NCBI RefSeq assembly: GCF_006345805.1
Contig: NC_043000.1
Span: forward strand, 143,344,001 to 143,408,000
From: Octopus sinensis
Taxonomy: Eukaryota
DNA length: 64,000 nucleotides
Direction: 5' to 3'
Positions 1-12,537 of this stretch are shown here, piece after piece. The position numbers were made by a program, and so were the translations under genes. The notes beneath the pieces were generated by a model. That model was given only the letters and a program-made list of their open reading frames with translations, made no database searches and had not been told where the DNA came from. Numbering within the stretch: position 1 is the first letter of the stretch; every line of letters starts with the position of its first letter.

Positions 1-413
1 AAATTACTGCATGTATACACAATGAGTGTATATATATATATATACATAAAAACGCATAAGACACTTACAAATCATTGGAAAACAATTCTCAACAACATGA
101 AGACATATCTGGCCGATTTCTGCTGTCCGTCTTCAAGGATTTTGCTGAGTTTCACAGACTGATATCTTACGTTTGATATTTGAAAATGTTGTATTTGATT
201 TGGTTGTTATTCCAATAATCGATTTCTTTTCCCCCACTACCCCCACCCAACAACAAATAAATCAATAATAGCGGAAATAAAGAAAAACAATAATCAAACG
301 AATGGAAACCAACTCAATAACAACAATAACCATACCTTCATAATTCAACAATAACATGTAGAATAATGATAGCTTTTACTATCAATATTACTGTTTTTGG
401 CGGTGATACTGTG

Positions 414-460
<47 letters not shown>

Positions 461-545
461 GATCGTTATTGTCATTGTTAATGTTGTTGTTGATGATGAT
501 GATGATGATGCTATCATCATCACTATCATCATCACCACTAGCATT
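414..545. repeat. (ATT)n/(GAT)n/(ATC)n compound trinucleotide microsatellite
   Basis: Direct reading; explains the poly-Ile ORFs 338-623. Confidence 0.95.
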
Positions 546-1593
546 ATTGTCAATATTATCATCGTTACACGAAATATACTAAAATTAGAAATGAAAATAT
601 TATTATTAATGGAACCTTATTGAATTGAATCAATAAACCGAATAATATTTTTTCTTTTGTTTTCGATTGTATTTTATGTTGTTTTAAATACTTTTTTGTT
701 CTATTAGTTTCATGTTATTTACTTATTTATTTATTTATATTGTTTTTTTTTTGCTTTCAAGTCTTTTTTTTCCTCCCCATATTTTCTTGAGAATTCGTGA
801 TAGATTCCTATTCGCTTAAATGTGATTAAGGCATAATAATACACCATTCTTTATTCATAATACACACAGTATGGCAGCTAATTTTCGACGTTTTGTTCCG
901 CATTCTTTAATATCTTTCAAATTATTGTCTCATCTCTCCCCTTGGCTTCTCTTTCATAGTGTCACTCACAATTTCGGCGCTTCGATCGTTTTTATTCTCA
1001 ATGTATTCAATAGTTATCTCTTTTAATACAATGATGGCGATATTCACACTGTTTTTGATGACAAAACCTAATGAATGTTATTGCGAACAAAAACCTACTT
1101 CATAATTTAATAAACCAGCTTGCTTTTTAGTCATAATTTTCATATGCTACAAAGCTCTTGTACTTTTTTTTGGACTCTTTGATTGTCGTTAAGCCTTTCT
1201 TTCGGTTTGTCTCTGCCCATCTGCCTGTCTGCTAGTCTGTCTGTCTGTCTTTCTGCCTTTACCCCTCTCTCTCTCTATCTATCTCAAATAAATGCGTTAA
1301 CATGTGACATTATTGACCGAGTTTATCGTGGTCTTTTCCGTAGGCTTTTCTTTCCACAGATAAACCTTATCTGCTTCCCCCTTTACATTTGACATCATGA
1401 CATTTCTGTGATACACGATCCCTATTGATCGTTTTCTTTCTTTCCTTTTTACGATCCCTTTTGATCGAAAGCCTACCTCACTTTTTTCCTCCCCAAAAAG
1501 GAAAGCTCTACTTTGTAATTTGTCCCGTCTGTGAGCAGCCCTCTGTGGCTAATAAAGAAACATATCTATCTATCTATCTATCTATCTATCTAG

Positions 1594-1683
<90 letters not shown>

Positions 1684-2294
1684 CTGTCTGTCTACTTATC
1701 TACCTATGTATCGAAGAGTTTCTGTGCATGTGTTTGTGTGCATGCGCGAGCGGATAAGTGTAAGTGCGCCTAAGCACGCGCGCCTGTGAATTTTTATATT
1801 CTGTACGAAAGTAGTACGTTTTTTGCATTTCCCATACTCCAATCTTGTGTCACCTGGCATACTTTTACTTTATATAAAGCTTGTCCTAATAACAAAGCAT
1901 TTACAATACTTCGATAAATATTGGTCTGGATTATTTCGTTTAAACATTTCTGGTTCCGTCGGAACTTACTTTTATCTGACTACTTTCGTAAAATTCATTT
2001 ATTAGAAAACTACGACAATTTTTCTCTTCTTTTACTTTGAACTAAAGCAAAGTATCGACAACGTTTGAACTTGTAGTGATCCGTTTTATCACTAGTTTTG
2101 AAAGTTTTGAAGAGAAATACAACACTCACAAAATATACTCGAAATCTGAAAGTGTCAATTTTTTTCCAGCATATATTGGAGAGACTATTATCGCCATGGA
2201 ATACCGTTTGAGAAACTTAATAAAATATTAGCTGATATTGTTTTGTGTTCATCTAGCTTCATATTCTATACAATGGTGGTGAGTTCTTCAAACC

Positions 2295-2527
2295 TATTTC
2301 TTTATTACCCACAAGGGGCTAAACATAGAGGGGACAAACAAGAACAGACATAGGTATTAAGTCGATTACATCGACCCCAGTGCGAAACTGGTACTTAATT
2401 TATCGACCCCGAAAGGATGAAAGGCAAAGTCAACCTCGGCGGAATTTGAACTCACAACGTAACGACAGACGAAATACCGATAAACATTTCGCCCGGCGTG
2501 CAAAAGTTTCTGCCAGCTCGCCGCCTT
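2295..2527 (-). mobile_element. tRNA-derived SINE with Nin-like central domain, full length with TSD
   Basis: Minus strand begins AAAGGCGGCGAGCTGGCAGAA, has B-box-like GAGTTCAAATTCC, then GCCGAGGTTGACTTTGCCTTTCATCCTTTCGGGGTCGATAAATTAAGTACCAG. 15-bp TSD tgagttcttcaaacc at 2280-2294 and 2528-2542. Confidence 0.85.
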
Positions 2528-2865
2528 TGAGTTCTTCAAACCATTTTACAAAAGGGCTTACCTAAAGAATACAGTGCCTTGTATTGCAATCAAAACTTAA
2601 CAGCTCCCACAACCCATGCACCTGTGCTTTGAAATCACCTCTATAGCTAACAAAGACACATTAACGTCTTTAGTCGTAATACTGATGATTGCATGAACCA
2701 ACGTAACCAGAAATGCTTAAATGAAATTATCCAAACCACAATCTATTAAAGTATTATAAATGCTTTGTTGTTACGACAAGCTTTACATAAAGTATATGTA
2801 TCCGTTTGCGGTGGTCATTTCCTGTGAGATGCATTCAGCAGTAGAACTGAGTAAGATAGTTAAGT

Positions 2866-3465
2866 TAAGTTAAGTTAAGTTAATTTTTTGGCTCAAAAAG
2901 CAAAAAGCAAGGCCATGTAGGGGGACATGATGTTATGTACAGGGTGGTGTTCATACAGACAGTTCAGGCCATTCATGGTCAAGGGAGACTTTGAACCGAG
3001 TGGTCGTCGGCATCTTCACTATCTCGTCCGGCAGCTTATTCCATGGATCCGCAACCCGGACGGAGAAAGCCCTTCTCCTTCGATTGAGATGGAATCGTCG
3101 CAGATAGAGCTTTTCGGAGTGACCCCGCAGCCGACGTTCTGGAGCAGGAGTGAAGAACAGCTCTTTCGAGAGGTTACACTTTCCGCTTATGATGTTGTGA
3201 GCAAGAATGAGATCACCACGGCGTCGTCGTTTTTCTAGAGAATAAAGGTCGAGCATCTTCAGCCTTTCATTATAAGACAAATGCTTGAGACCAAGAACCA
3301 TGCGGGTAGCCAGCTTCTGGACTCTTTCGAGATGATGTATGTCTTTGAGGAGATAAGGAGAAGAGGCTTGAATCCCGTACTCCAATATGGGTCTCACCTG
3401 CGTGACATAGAGCGGCAGGAATATGGCTGCTGTGAGCATTCTCAAGATGACCATGTACACTATGC
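2866..3465 (-). mobile_element. CR1-like LINE 3' fragment (RT C-terminus, short 3'UTR, (TAACT)n tail)
   Basis: ORF 2951-3523(-) contains LYVTQVRPILEYG..SPY..KDIHHLERVQKLATRM..LSYNERL..L.SLEKRRRRGDLI..RGHSEKL..FSVRVADPWNKLP..FK..LD, the typical CR1 ORF2 end; ttaag repeat tail at about 2866-2884. Confidence 0.85.
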
Positions 3466-3904
3466 AAAACCGGTAAAATTTAATGCATCCCCAATTCTTG
3501 CTTAGTTGTATTCTACTCATCAACTGATTTTACGTTCTGTACTTTCATGTTCGTAAACAACACACACAGAAGAAAATCAAAGCAAGCAAAAACCGGCTCA
3601 TTATTGAAACGCATGAAACTTCTAACGATCTTCCAGATGAAGAATCTACAGCTCTTTCATAGAAGAATCGATTGCAATTTGTTCTCAGTAATAAACAGTG
3701 CAACATACAGGACTGAACTCAACACTGGGAGGCGATGTTTACAATGCTACTGTTAGTAACAAGACGTGCACAAGACGTAGCTTAAAGCTATGTAGTAAAA
3801 GTTACGATTCAAATATACTAATTAGAACTTTAAAATTATTGATACTTGTGCTTGTGTGTGTGAGTGTGTGTCTGTGATTATATGTGCATATGTATATATA
3901 TATT

Positions 3905-3941
<37 letters not shown>

Positions 3942-4046
3942 AGATAGATAGATATATAGATAGATAGATAGATAGATAGATAGTTAGATATAGATATATA
4001 TGTCTATACAGGTACAAACACACGAATACTCACATTGCATACATTG

Positions 4047-4077
<31 letters not shown>

Positions 4078-4276
4078 ATGCATGTATATATATAGATATA
4101 GATATATATGTCTATACATGTACAGACACACGAATGCTCACATTACATACATTGTATATATATATATATATCAATATATAGATAGATAGATAGACAGATA
4201 CGTACATAGATAAAAAAATAGATAGATATAGATAATTATATGCATGTATACATAAAATGTATATAATGTATATGTA

Positions 4277-4640
4277 GAGTCAAAATGGCCCAGTGGTTAG
4301 AAAAGCGGACTCGCGGTCGTAGGACGCGGGTTCGATTCCCAGACCGGGATTTATGAGTGTTTATTGAGCAAAAACGTCTAAAGCTCCGCGAGGATCAGGC
4401 AGGGAGTGATGGTGAACCCTGTTGTACTCTTTCACCACAACTTTCTCTCAATCTTTCTTTCTGTTTCTGTTGTACGTGTATTTCAAACGGCCAGCCTTAT
4501 CAGACACTCTATCACACTGAAAACTCCCCGAGAACTACGTTAAGAATACACGTGTCCGTGGAGTACTCATCCACTTGCACGTTAATTTCATGAGCAGGCT
4601 TTCCGTTGAAGGTATCAAAAGAACTCTGATCGTCGTAACG
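4277..4640 (+). mobile_element. tRNA-derived SINE, head family A, tail type 1
   Basis: A-box TGGCCCAGTGG (4286-4296), B-box GGTTCGATTCC (4329-4339); body CAGACCGGG..GAGTGTTTATTGAGC..GTACTCTTTCACCACAACTTTCTCTC shared with 13488, 20500 and 33523. Confidence 0.85.
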
Positions 4641-4704
4641 TTCAATGTATATATGTGAGTGTTCGTGTGTTTGTACATATCTATCTATCAATCTATCTAT
4701 ATAT

Positions 4705-4864
4705 TTAGGGAGATTTTACGAAAAAAAAAAACAAAAGACGAAGACAGGTGGTGTACAAAACAAACAGATGTATTAGTATAACACTCAGGAATAGAAAAAG
4801 TCTTTTACGTTTCGAGCCTACGCTCTTCTACAGAAAGGGACACAGAAAAAACAAGGAGAGAAAA
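4705..4864 (-). mobile_element. Short Penelope pLTR-like element (family P1) with hammerhead-like motif
   Basis: Clearly homologous to 59607-59815 (AAGTCTTTTACGTTTCGAGCCTACGCTCTTC.ACAGAAAG); abuts TA-rich microsatellite. Confidence 0.65.
4801..4838 (-). ncRNA. Minimal type-I hammerhead-like motif, core CUGUAGA
   Basis: cttt-CUGUAGA-A-gagc(guag)gcuc-GAA-ACGU-A-aaag: stems I and II pair, palindromic ACGU stem III, GUA site; position 6 is U rather than A. Confidence 0.55.
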
Positions 4865-6937
4865 CGGCAAATTTTGCAAGATACTTTGTGTTAGTGACTG
4901 AAATCACAGCAATTATTAAAAATACCTATTTCATCTACCTGAAAGTATTAACTGTGTGTACAGTCGACTTGCGAGAAATACCTCTAATAAAACACCCTAC
5001 TGCTTTAAATAGAGAAAGTAAATATTAGGTAATGGAAATCCAGATATCCACCAAAAAAGGGCCGGATAGTCATAGCTGAAATGCTTTTCTTCGGGGATAG
5101 ACAACGACAACAACAACTACAACAACAAAAAGATGGAAAATCTGATATGGTTTCAACTCGGAATGTAGAATAAGAAAATTGATATCACCCACTCGTTGTC
5201 GTAGCACAGCAATTTGCTGCTCCAAATAAATTGCAAATCACCGAGGAAACTGAGATTATTTTCTGCTTTTGTATGTAGTCTGATTTCTATTTTAAGATAT
5301 ATATTTATCTATGTATTTTTTAGAATTTAATTCCAAACAACATGTTGTCTCGATTGCCTGAATGCATGCTGGAACATTATGTTACTTATTTAGATTATCG
5401 CATCAGTCTGTCAGTGTCATACCTACACAGAGTTTAAAAATATATCGTCGTATATACGCCTGTGTATATATGCGCATATGAAGTAGCGATTTCACTACAA
5501 CATTGAAATTGTAAAGATTGAAATTGTAGACGATTCGGATAATTGATATACAGTTTTAACGTTACAATAAACGATATGACTCGTTGACACGAACACAGAG
5601 ACGATTCCTTTCAAACAATCAAATTTTCAGTTCTACGAACACAAAAAGCACTATCACAAGCGTATATATGCTATATATGGCACTTATATATTAGTTGTTA
5701 CCGAATGAAGTAAAAGTTCATATTAGGTGATCGGTAAAACCGATGTGTGTGTGTTTGAGTGTGTTTCCTATGCATAGCAATTTGTGTATGAGAGTTTGAA
5801 TGATGGAAACCTGCGCATTTCAGAATGAGTGAGGAACTTTATATAAATCTTATTTAAAAAACTCTATGCTTGTTTTGCGTGTAATGAAAACTTATTTCAG
5901 ACTACTTGCAAACAGTTGATATTAGACAAAAAGAAATAGAATGAAACGAAAAATAAAATTCTCAAAAGAAAACACGAAATACATGTGAAAGAAAATGAAC
6001 ATTAAAGAAATTCCCCTCAAACAGCAGAAAATTATGATTTAAGACAAGAAAAGGATTAATGAATTTATAGTTATGTAAAAAAAAAACAGCTTAATTAACT
6101 TGAATGCATTCTTTAAAAAATACATAACAATATGGTATCTAATTAGTGAAACAAATAATATAATCAAGTAATTGAAATGAGAAAAATACCATCAGTTCAT
6201 TATCGATATCTTACGTGTGAATTTGTTATTGAACATTTATAAAGAATAAAATAATGCACTCGAAAATTCATATAGAAAAGAGATGAACAAATGTATAGAG
6301 GAAGTGAAAGAGGACATGACTTCAGAAACCGCAGGGGAATAATTTGGAAAGTTAGATGCTCAATGCTCACAGACTGGGTTCAACCTCCCTATTTATCTTT
6401 TTTTTTTTTTATTAATAAGAAAATGATGTGTGAACTTATAAATATTTCTTCTATTTTGTATTCATCAATTCTCTCAGAGAAGCTCATTTGCATGTGATAC
6501 AATTTCTTTAATACTATCACCCTCACCAAACTCCAAACATATTTAATGAGCTGAAGAAAAATTACATAGAGGTTCATCAAGTTTACACTGCGGTGCTATT
6601 CAGTTTATACAGGGATCAAGTAATTTAGGCGGAAATAGATATCATTGAGTGTATGATAAAAGTAGCATGCTTGGAAACAAAACAGCCGAATTTTACTTGT
6701 TGACTGTGTGAATATTAAGATTTCACCTCTAAAACTCATACATACATTGTTATGGCGATTCACCGTTCGTGTTTCATAGTACGTTGTGTGTTGTTTTATT
6801 GTAATTACATGCCGTCAGGTATACGGCGATTTTTATTCAGTATTTATTATATCTTTTATGTACATATTGATTTCAATTAATCTATATTCACCAAATAGTT
6901 AACGGAACACACGCCTTTATACTGGCAAACACGAACG

Positions 6938-7085
6938 TGGAGGCACGTGGCTAAGTGGTTAGTTGTTAAGCCCATGATCGTGAGGTCATGAGCTCGATTT
7001 CAAATGCGAACGATGCATTGAGTCCTTTTGCAAAGCATTTCATTTAATGGTGCACCATTCAGCTCAGTTGTAATGAAGCGTTGTA
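6938..7085 (+). mobile_element. Degraded tRNA-derived CORE-like SINE
   Basis: TGGAGGCACGTGGCTAAGTGGTT head, decayed B-box, then TTGAGTCCTTTTGCAAAGCATTT..CAGCTCAG resembling the 41572-41822 copy. Confidence 0.6.
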
Positions 7086-7285
7086 GTCCGAGGCACGTAA
7101 CATCTAAGAAGTTGACATCATCTAGTATGTATTTTTATTGAGCGCATTATAATAATATATTTACTGAAAACTTTGCATAAAATAAGTTGCAGGCATGGCT
7201 GTATGGTAACGATATTGGACTCTCATCAACTTGGGTTCGGGTTTAGTCCTTTGCGCGTCGATCGAGGCAAACTTCTTCTACGATA

Positions 7286-7456
7286 CATTATTTACATTAT
7301 TTACTATTGAAGGATATTTGTTCACATCTTGTTTGTTGCTAACACAACGTTTCGGATGAAATACCCTCCAGCCTTCATCAGGTGTCTTGGGTAAATTTTG
7401 AACCTGGGTTCTCATTCCTAAGGTGTTTTTCGATGTTGTTGTTATTATTATTATTA

Positions 7457-7502
<46 letters not shown>

Positions 7503-7603
7503 TTTACAGCCTGGAATCGAGCTCGGAATCTTGGGTGTAGTAACCCGCACTCTTAACCACTACGCCATATGCCCGTCAATTGTAAATAATGTAAATAATT
7601 GCT
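7286..7603 (-). mobile_element. tRNA-headed SINE with internal (AAT)n, hammerhead-containing 3' tail, 5' inverted tail copy and 14-bp TSD
   Basis: A-box TGGCGTAGTGG (7557-7567), B-box-like GAGCTCGATTCC (7513-7524), (AAT)n about 7440-7498, HHR 7341-7386, TSD cttcttctacgata at 7272-7285 and 7604-7617. Confidence 0.85.
7341..7386 (-). ncRNA. Minimal type-I hammerhead ribozyme motif (CUGAUGA core)
   Basis: gacac-CUGAUGA-A-ggcug(gaggguauuu)caucc-GAA-ACGU-U-guguu: 5-bp stem I, stem II with one mismatch (perfect in the 27856 copy), palindromic stem III, GUU site. Confidence 0.75.
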
Positions 7604-8191
7604 CTTCTTCTACGATATACCCGTACCAAGCAATGTCACACGGGTGAAATCGATTGAGAAAAAGAGTGTAGTAGCATTCGTGTGTGTCTACATGTGAGTG
7701 CGTGTCTGCCTAGATATATCGACTAACACTACAAAATCGTGCTGTAGCGAAAGTCTGACACACACACACACAAAAAGAGAAAATGTCATATGCTAGAGAT
7801 AGAACACAGTCAAAGTACTAGGAGATACATGAGAAGTTTCCTTTTCCGTTTTCCAACATTTGGAAATTTCCCCACCGCTAGGAGAATGCAATTCTGTATC
7901 GCATTACTTGACTTATAATTTATCTCATTCACTCTTGTCAGGTCACTTGTAAGGGCTCTCATGAGGACTGTAAGGTGTCTCTTGAGGGCTACTAGTAACA
8001 TGGATACAATATAGCCTGTTACATGGTTTGGATCATCGACATACCCACTAAACCTACTTGGTGAGGGGGGCTGCTAGAAACTCAGCAGGATTAGAAATAA
8101 GACTTACCAAAAAGGACATGATAGCATTGGAGTGTGTGTTATCATCTACGTCATTTATATACATACATATACGTGTGTTTATAAGAAAATA

Positions 8192-8375
8192 TAGGCATAT
8201 GAGTAGCTGCGTGGTAATTAGCTTGCTTACAAACCACATGGTTCCAGTTTCAGTCCCACTGCGTGGCACCTTGGGCAAGTGTCTTCTACTATAGTCTCAG
8301 GCCGACCAAAGCCTTGTTAGTGGATTTGGTAGACGGAAACTGAAAGAAGCCCGTCGTATATATGTATATACATAC

Positions 8376-8424
<49 letters not shown>

Positions 8425-8677
8425 ATGTGTGTGTGTGTGTGTATGTATGTATGTGTGTATATGTTGTGTGTCTGTGTTTGTCCCCCCCCCAATATCGCTT
8501 GACAACCGAAACTGGTGTGTTTACGTCCCCGTAACTTACCGGTTCGGCAAAAGAGACCGAGAGAATAGAATAAGTACTAGGCTTACAAAGAATAAGTACT
8601 GGGGGGATCGATATGCTCGACTAAAAGTGGTGCTCCAGCATAGCCGCAGTCAAATGACTGAAACACGTAAAAGAGTA
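8192..8677 (+). mobile_element. tRNA-derived SINE family B with internal (TA)n(TG)n and Nin-like tail
   Basis: GTGGTAATTAGCTTGC..CAGTTTCAGTCCCACTGCGTGGCACCTTGGGCAAGTGTCTTCT..GGAAACTGAAAGAAGCCCGTCG, microsatellite, then CGGTTCGGCAAAAGAGACCG..CAGTCAAATGACTGAAACA.TAAAAGAG; homologous to 43072 and 50862. Confidence 0.85.
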
Positions 8678-8712
8678 TATACATAGAGAAGCATATGAAT
8701 ATACATATAAAC

Positions 8713-8744
<32 letters not shown>

Positions 8745-8792
8745 GTGTATATGTGTGTTTACAAAGAGAATAGGAATATATACATATATTAC

Positions 8793-8839
<47 letters not shown>

Positions 8840-9221
8840 AGTTTGTAATTTATTTTGTAGCAGACAGGATAACATTCAGTTTCTTAAGCAGATATGGTGT
8901 AAGTTAAGTACGTGAAGTTACTTCAAGTTTACGATTTTCTGTAATCGATAGAAACAAAAAAATCAATAATTTCTATGATGAGTTGCATTTGTATTTGTAT
9001 TTATCACTCTTATTTTCTCTCACTATCCTGATTTGTATATGAAGTCTGTCAGCATAGAACTGTCTCACACCTAATCTTTTTCCTACAGACTTTTAGTTAG
9101 AGTTATTCTCACATTTACTCATAATTTGATAGAACGAAACGAAAGCAATAGTCTCGCTCGAATTTTCACATTGCTCGCAATAAATTGAATTCCTTTAGCT
9201 GAAATAGACTGCAATTTATAT

Positions 9222-9254
<33 letters not shown>

Positions 9255-9362
9255 GCGTGTGTGATGTGTGAGTATGTGTGTGTTTATGTATATGTATATG
9301 GAACACTCACTCATATATAGATAAATATCTGTAATATATGTTTCCTATATATATATATATAC

Positions 9363-9580
9363 ACTCTTTTACTCTTTTATTTGTTTCAGTCATGTGACTG
9401 TGGTCATGCTGGAACACCGCCTTTAGTCGAGCAAATTGACCCGAGGACTAATACTTTGTAAGCCTAGTACTTATTAAATCAGTCTCTTTTGCCGAACTGC
9501 TAAGTTACGGCGATGTAAACACTTGAGCATCAGTTATCAAGCGATTTTGGGGGGACAAACACAGACACACAAACATACAC
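9363..9580 (-). mobile_element. SINE family B, 3' half
   Basis: CTCTTTTACTCTTTTATTTGTTTCAGTCATGTGACTGTGG..TTTTGCCGAACTGCTAAGTTACGG matches the reverse complement of the family-B tail. Confidence 0.75.
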
Positions 9581-10054
9581 ATACACACATATATATATAT
9601 AAGCATATGTGTATATGTATATCAAATATGTATATATATATATCTATATAGATATATATTTGTATATGTGTATAAATGGGGTTAAATCTCAATATCATCA
9701 TCGCTTGGAGGACAGCCACACTAAAGTGGCCTTAAGCAACACTTTTTGGGTTCGTGAACTGCTTCTATCACGAACAGAGATTTTCTAATGGACTAGTTTC
9801 CTAGTTACAAAACCAGCGATTGTATGGCAGTAGGCTTTCTGTATATCGCAAGCGAAGTAAACTGCTGTCATGCCTGGCAACGAGTCCCATACGCGAGGAG
9901 ATTCGATGCTGATCGAATCCACATGATCTGGTGGTCTTGAAGCCAAGATGGATGGTAGGAGTTACTTCTCGCTCATAATAAATATGGGATACGCACAAAA
10001 ATATGACAAGCGCACTGAATAAACCATCAACAGGAGATGTCTTCCTGGGGTTAA

Positions 10055-10122
10055 ATGGCAGTATCTCGTCTCTTAGAAGACAGTCAAATTTGACTGTCAT
10101 CTAAGAGACGAGATACTGCCAT
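10055..10122. repeat. 68-bp spacerless palindrome (34-bp arms, 1 mismatch)
   Basis: ATGGCAGTATCTCGTCTCTTAGAAGACAGTCAAA|TTTGACTGTCATCTAAGAGACGAGATACTGCCAT. Confidence 0.95.
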
Positions 10123-10875
10123 AGTAAGGTGAAAAAACTCGATAAAATGGGTACAGCATGAGCTCAATGAAAATCAAAAGTTCAGCGTTTTGAAGTGTGC
10201 TTGATGCTCTTTCTGTGAAACACTAATAATATTTTTCTTCACCGAATAGTCACTTCTGACGAAAAGTGGGTCCTTTATGATAACCGTAAACGATCAGGTG
10301 AATGGCTTGATCGTGATGAGTCCCCCAAGCATTTCCCAAAGCCAAAATTGTATCGGAAAAAGTTTATGATGATTGTCTGGTGGTCTGCAATTGGTATTGT
10401 CCATTACAGCTTTCTGGAATCCAATCAGAGTATTACAGCAGAGGTTTACTGCAATAAACTCGCTGAAATGCATGAAACCTGCATTGGTGAATCGGCGTGG
10501 CCCAATTCTGCTCCGCAATAAAGCGAAGTCACATGTTGCAAGTGTGACGCTGCAGAATCTCACAGATTTGAGATACGAGACTTTACCCCACCCTCCATAT
10601 TCTCCTGATCTTTCACCCACTGACTACCATTTTTTAAGCATTTAAACAAGTGATAAAACTTTCAGATCCAAACCAGAGGTGGAATTAACTTTCAAAGATT
10701 TCTAAGCATCAAAGCCAATATGTTTTTATCAATGAGGCATAAATAATCTCGTTGGTCGATGGCAGAGATGCAGAGATGTTCACGGCTCATACTTTGACTA
10801 ATCAAAACATTTCTGTAGTTAATTTTTCCAGAATAAAATTGTTTCTGAAATCAGCCATTATTTTCGTAGTTATTT
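10123..10875 (+). mobile_element. Decayed mariner (DD34D) transposon, 3' two-thirds
   Basis: Frameshifted translation: KKLDKWVQHEL..FLHRIVTSDEKWVLYDNRKRSGEWLD..KPKL..MIVWWSAIGIVHYSFL..ITAEVYC..LPHPPYSPDLSPTDYHF. Confidence 0.85.
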
Positions 10876-10983
10876 ACATTAAACAGCGTTTTGATTCCAT
10901 TTCACACAAACACACATTGACGCGAACATACACACAGAGACTAACACCCCATACACGTACATTCACATATGCACACCAGGATT

Positions 10984-11130
10984 TTTCAGTTTCCGTTAAT
11001 CGAATCTATTCACAAGGCTTTGGTCGGACCAAGGATGTAGTAGAAGACAGTCTCCCGAAGTAGTTAGTGGTGGGACAGAACCCGGAAGTATGTAGTATCC
11101 AAGCAAACTTCTTAACACACAACCACACTA
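10984..11130 (-). mobile_element. SINE family B, degraded 5' portion
   Basis: TTCAGTTTCCGTTAATCGAATCTATTCACAAGGCTTTGGTCGGACC..TAGTAGAAGACA resembles the reverse complement of the family-B head/body. Confidence 0.6.
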
Positions 11131-11239
11131 AATTTAATACGGGAAAATTCTGTTAAACGAAGTAGTAAAGGAATTTATTTGACAAAAGGAGGAAGTAAGA
11201 GTTGTAAAATATATGATTTATATAGTTGAAACAAGGGAT

Positions 11240-12053
11240 GAGTGGTAAATGGGCAAGATCGTCATTAACGCTTGAAAGGCATTATGATTTGGGCAGATAT
11301 TATTGGAAGAGTTATGGTTGTTCCTTGGAAAGTGCTGGACGGTATTAAAATGACTGCGGATGCTTACATAGTCTATCTGAAGGAGCGACTTGAAGCTTGT
11401 TTAAAAAAGAAAAAGATCACCTTCAAGAAAACCATAATATTCAGTCAAGATAATGCCCCCTCGCACTCAGCGAAGAAAACTACAGAATATCTGCAACAAT
11501 TAAACTCCTGTGGAACGCGTAAAATGAAGTGGCATCTTTGTTTCCACAATAGAAAACTTGTGGCGTATTCTAAATCGACGAGTTTACGACAATGCACGCC
11601 ATTTCAGGAGCAAGGATGAAGAGTGTCAGGCAATAGTAGATATATCCGGTAGCATAACATGCGAGGAAATCAAGAAATTAGTATGTTCCATGGACGAGTT
11701 TCTTTTCCAGCTTATTTCAAACAAACGCTCATATAGCCTTTACTAACCAACTTACCTATCATTTTTGAACGCTGTTTAATTGTTTAGTTATATTTCTTCC
11801 ATGATTATGACTGTACGTTTTCATTTCAGTATGTACAACAAAACCTCGTTAATAATTGGAAACAGAGGAAGTTTACTTAAGTCTGGCAAATGGCCATAGT
11901 TTCTGTGTTGTTTTACAGAATACCACGTTTATTTTACAGACCACACGCATATAACAATTACCATCATTTTATGAAAATTTTTTTGAATTCCAACGAGTAT
12001 TCTTTTTAATAAAATTTTAAAAAAAATTACTTCTTTAATAATTTGGGATGCCG
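11240..12053 (+). mobile_element. Decayed Tc1-like transposon, catalytic region to 3' TIR
   Basis: GIMIWA.IIG..PWKV.DG.KMTADAY..L..IIFSQDNAPSHSAKKTTEYL..KW, frameshift, ENLWRILNRRVY; ends ..TAATTTGGGATGCCG-TA. Confidence 0.8.
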
Positions 12054-12537
12054 TATATGAACCTGCTATGTCAATCTCACTACTCGGCCGGTATTCATTT
12101 TATGAAGTGAAGTATGAGAAATGACAGACAAATCTTCACGTGATCTGAACTCAGAATCTAAAAGTACGCAAGCGAATACTGAAAATATCCAATACGATTC
12201 ACCAAACCACTGTTCTATTATAAAGGTTTCTCGTTACAGCACAATTTCACATTCGATGGAGAAAAGAAGTAGTCGATTTAATTAATACATTATCAGTGTC
12301 AGAATGACAAAGTCAAAATCATTTCCCGCGGTAATTTATGTCATCGTTCTAATTGATAACAAGAAAAATTATGTTCTCGAGAAGTGGACATTTTGAATCG
12401 TACAAGCAAAATTCAATTCTTAATCTTCAACGGTTTTTGTGGACAGTAATTTCTCGGGCGTCAATAACATACACACCGTAAATACATTAATGCGTCAGAA
12501 TCAACAGTTGCTCATTTCTAAGATGTTTTATAACTAA

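Larger units (their letters stand above)
7192..7650 (+). mobile_element. Old family-B SINE interrupted by the 7286-7603 insertion
   Basis: GCAGGCATGGCTGTATGGTAA..GGTTCGGGTTTAGTCC..GGCAAACTTCTTCTACGATA resumes after 7603 with TACCCGTACCAAGC, colinear with family-B copies at 8192 and 43072. Confidence 0.5.

Noticed and set aside
4277-4345. tRNA genes at SINE heads (also 7510-7575, 13488-13560, 33770-33837, 41750-41822)
   Set aside because: A/B boxes are present but no complete cloverleaf or acceptor stem; each continues into a repeated SINE body.
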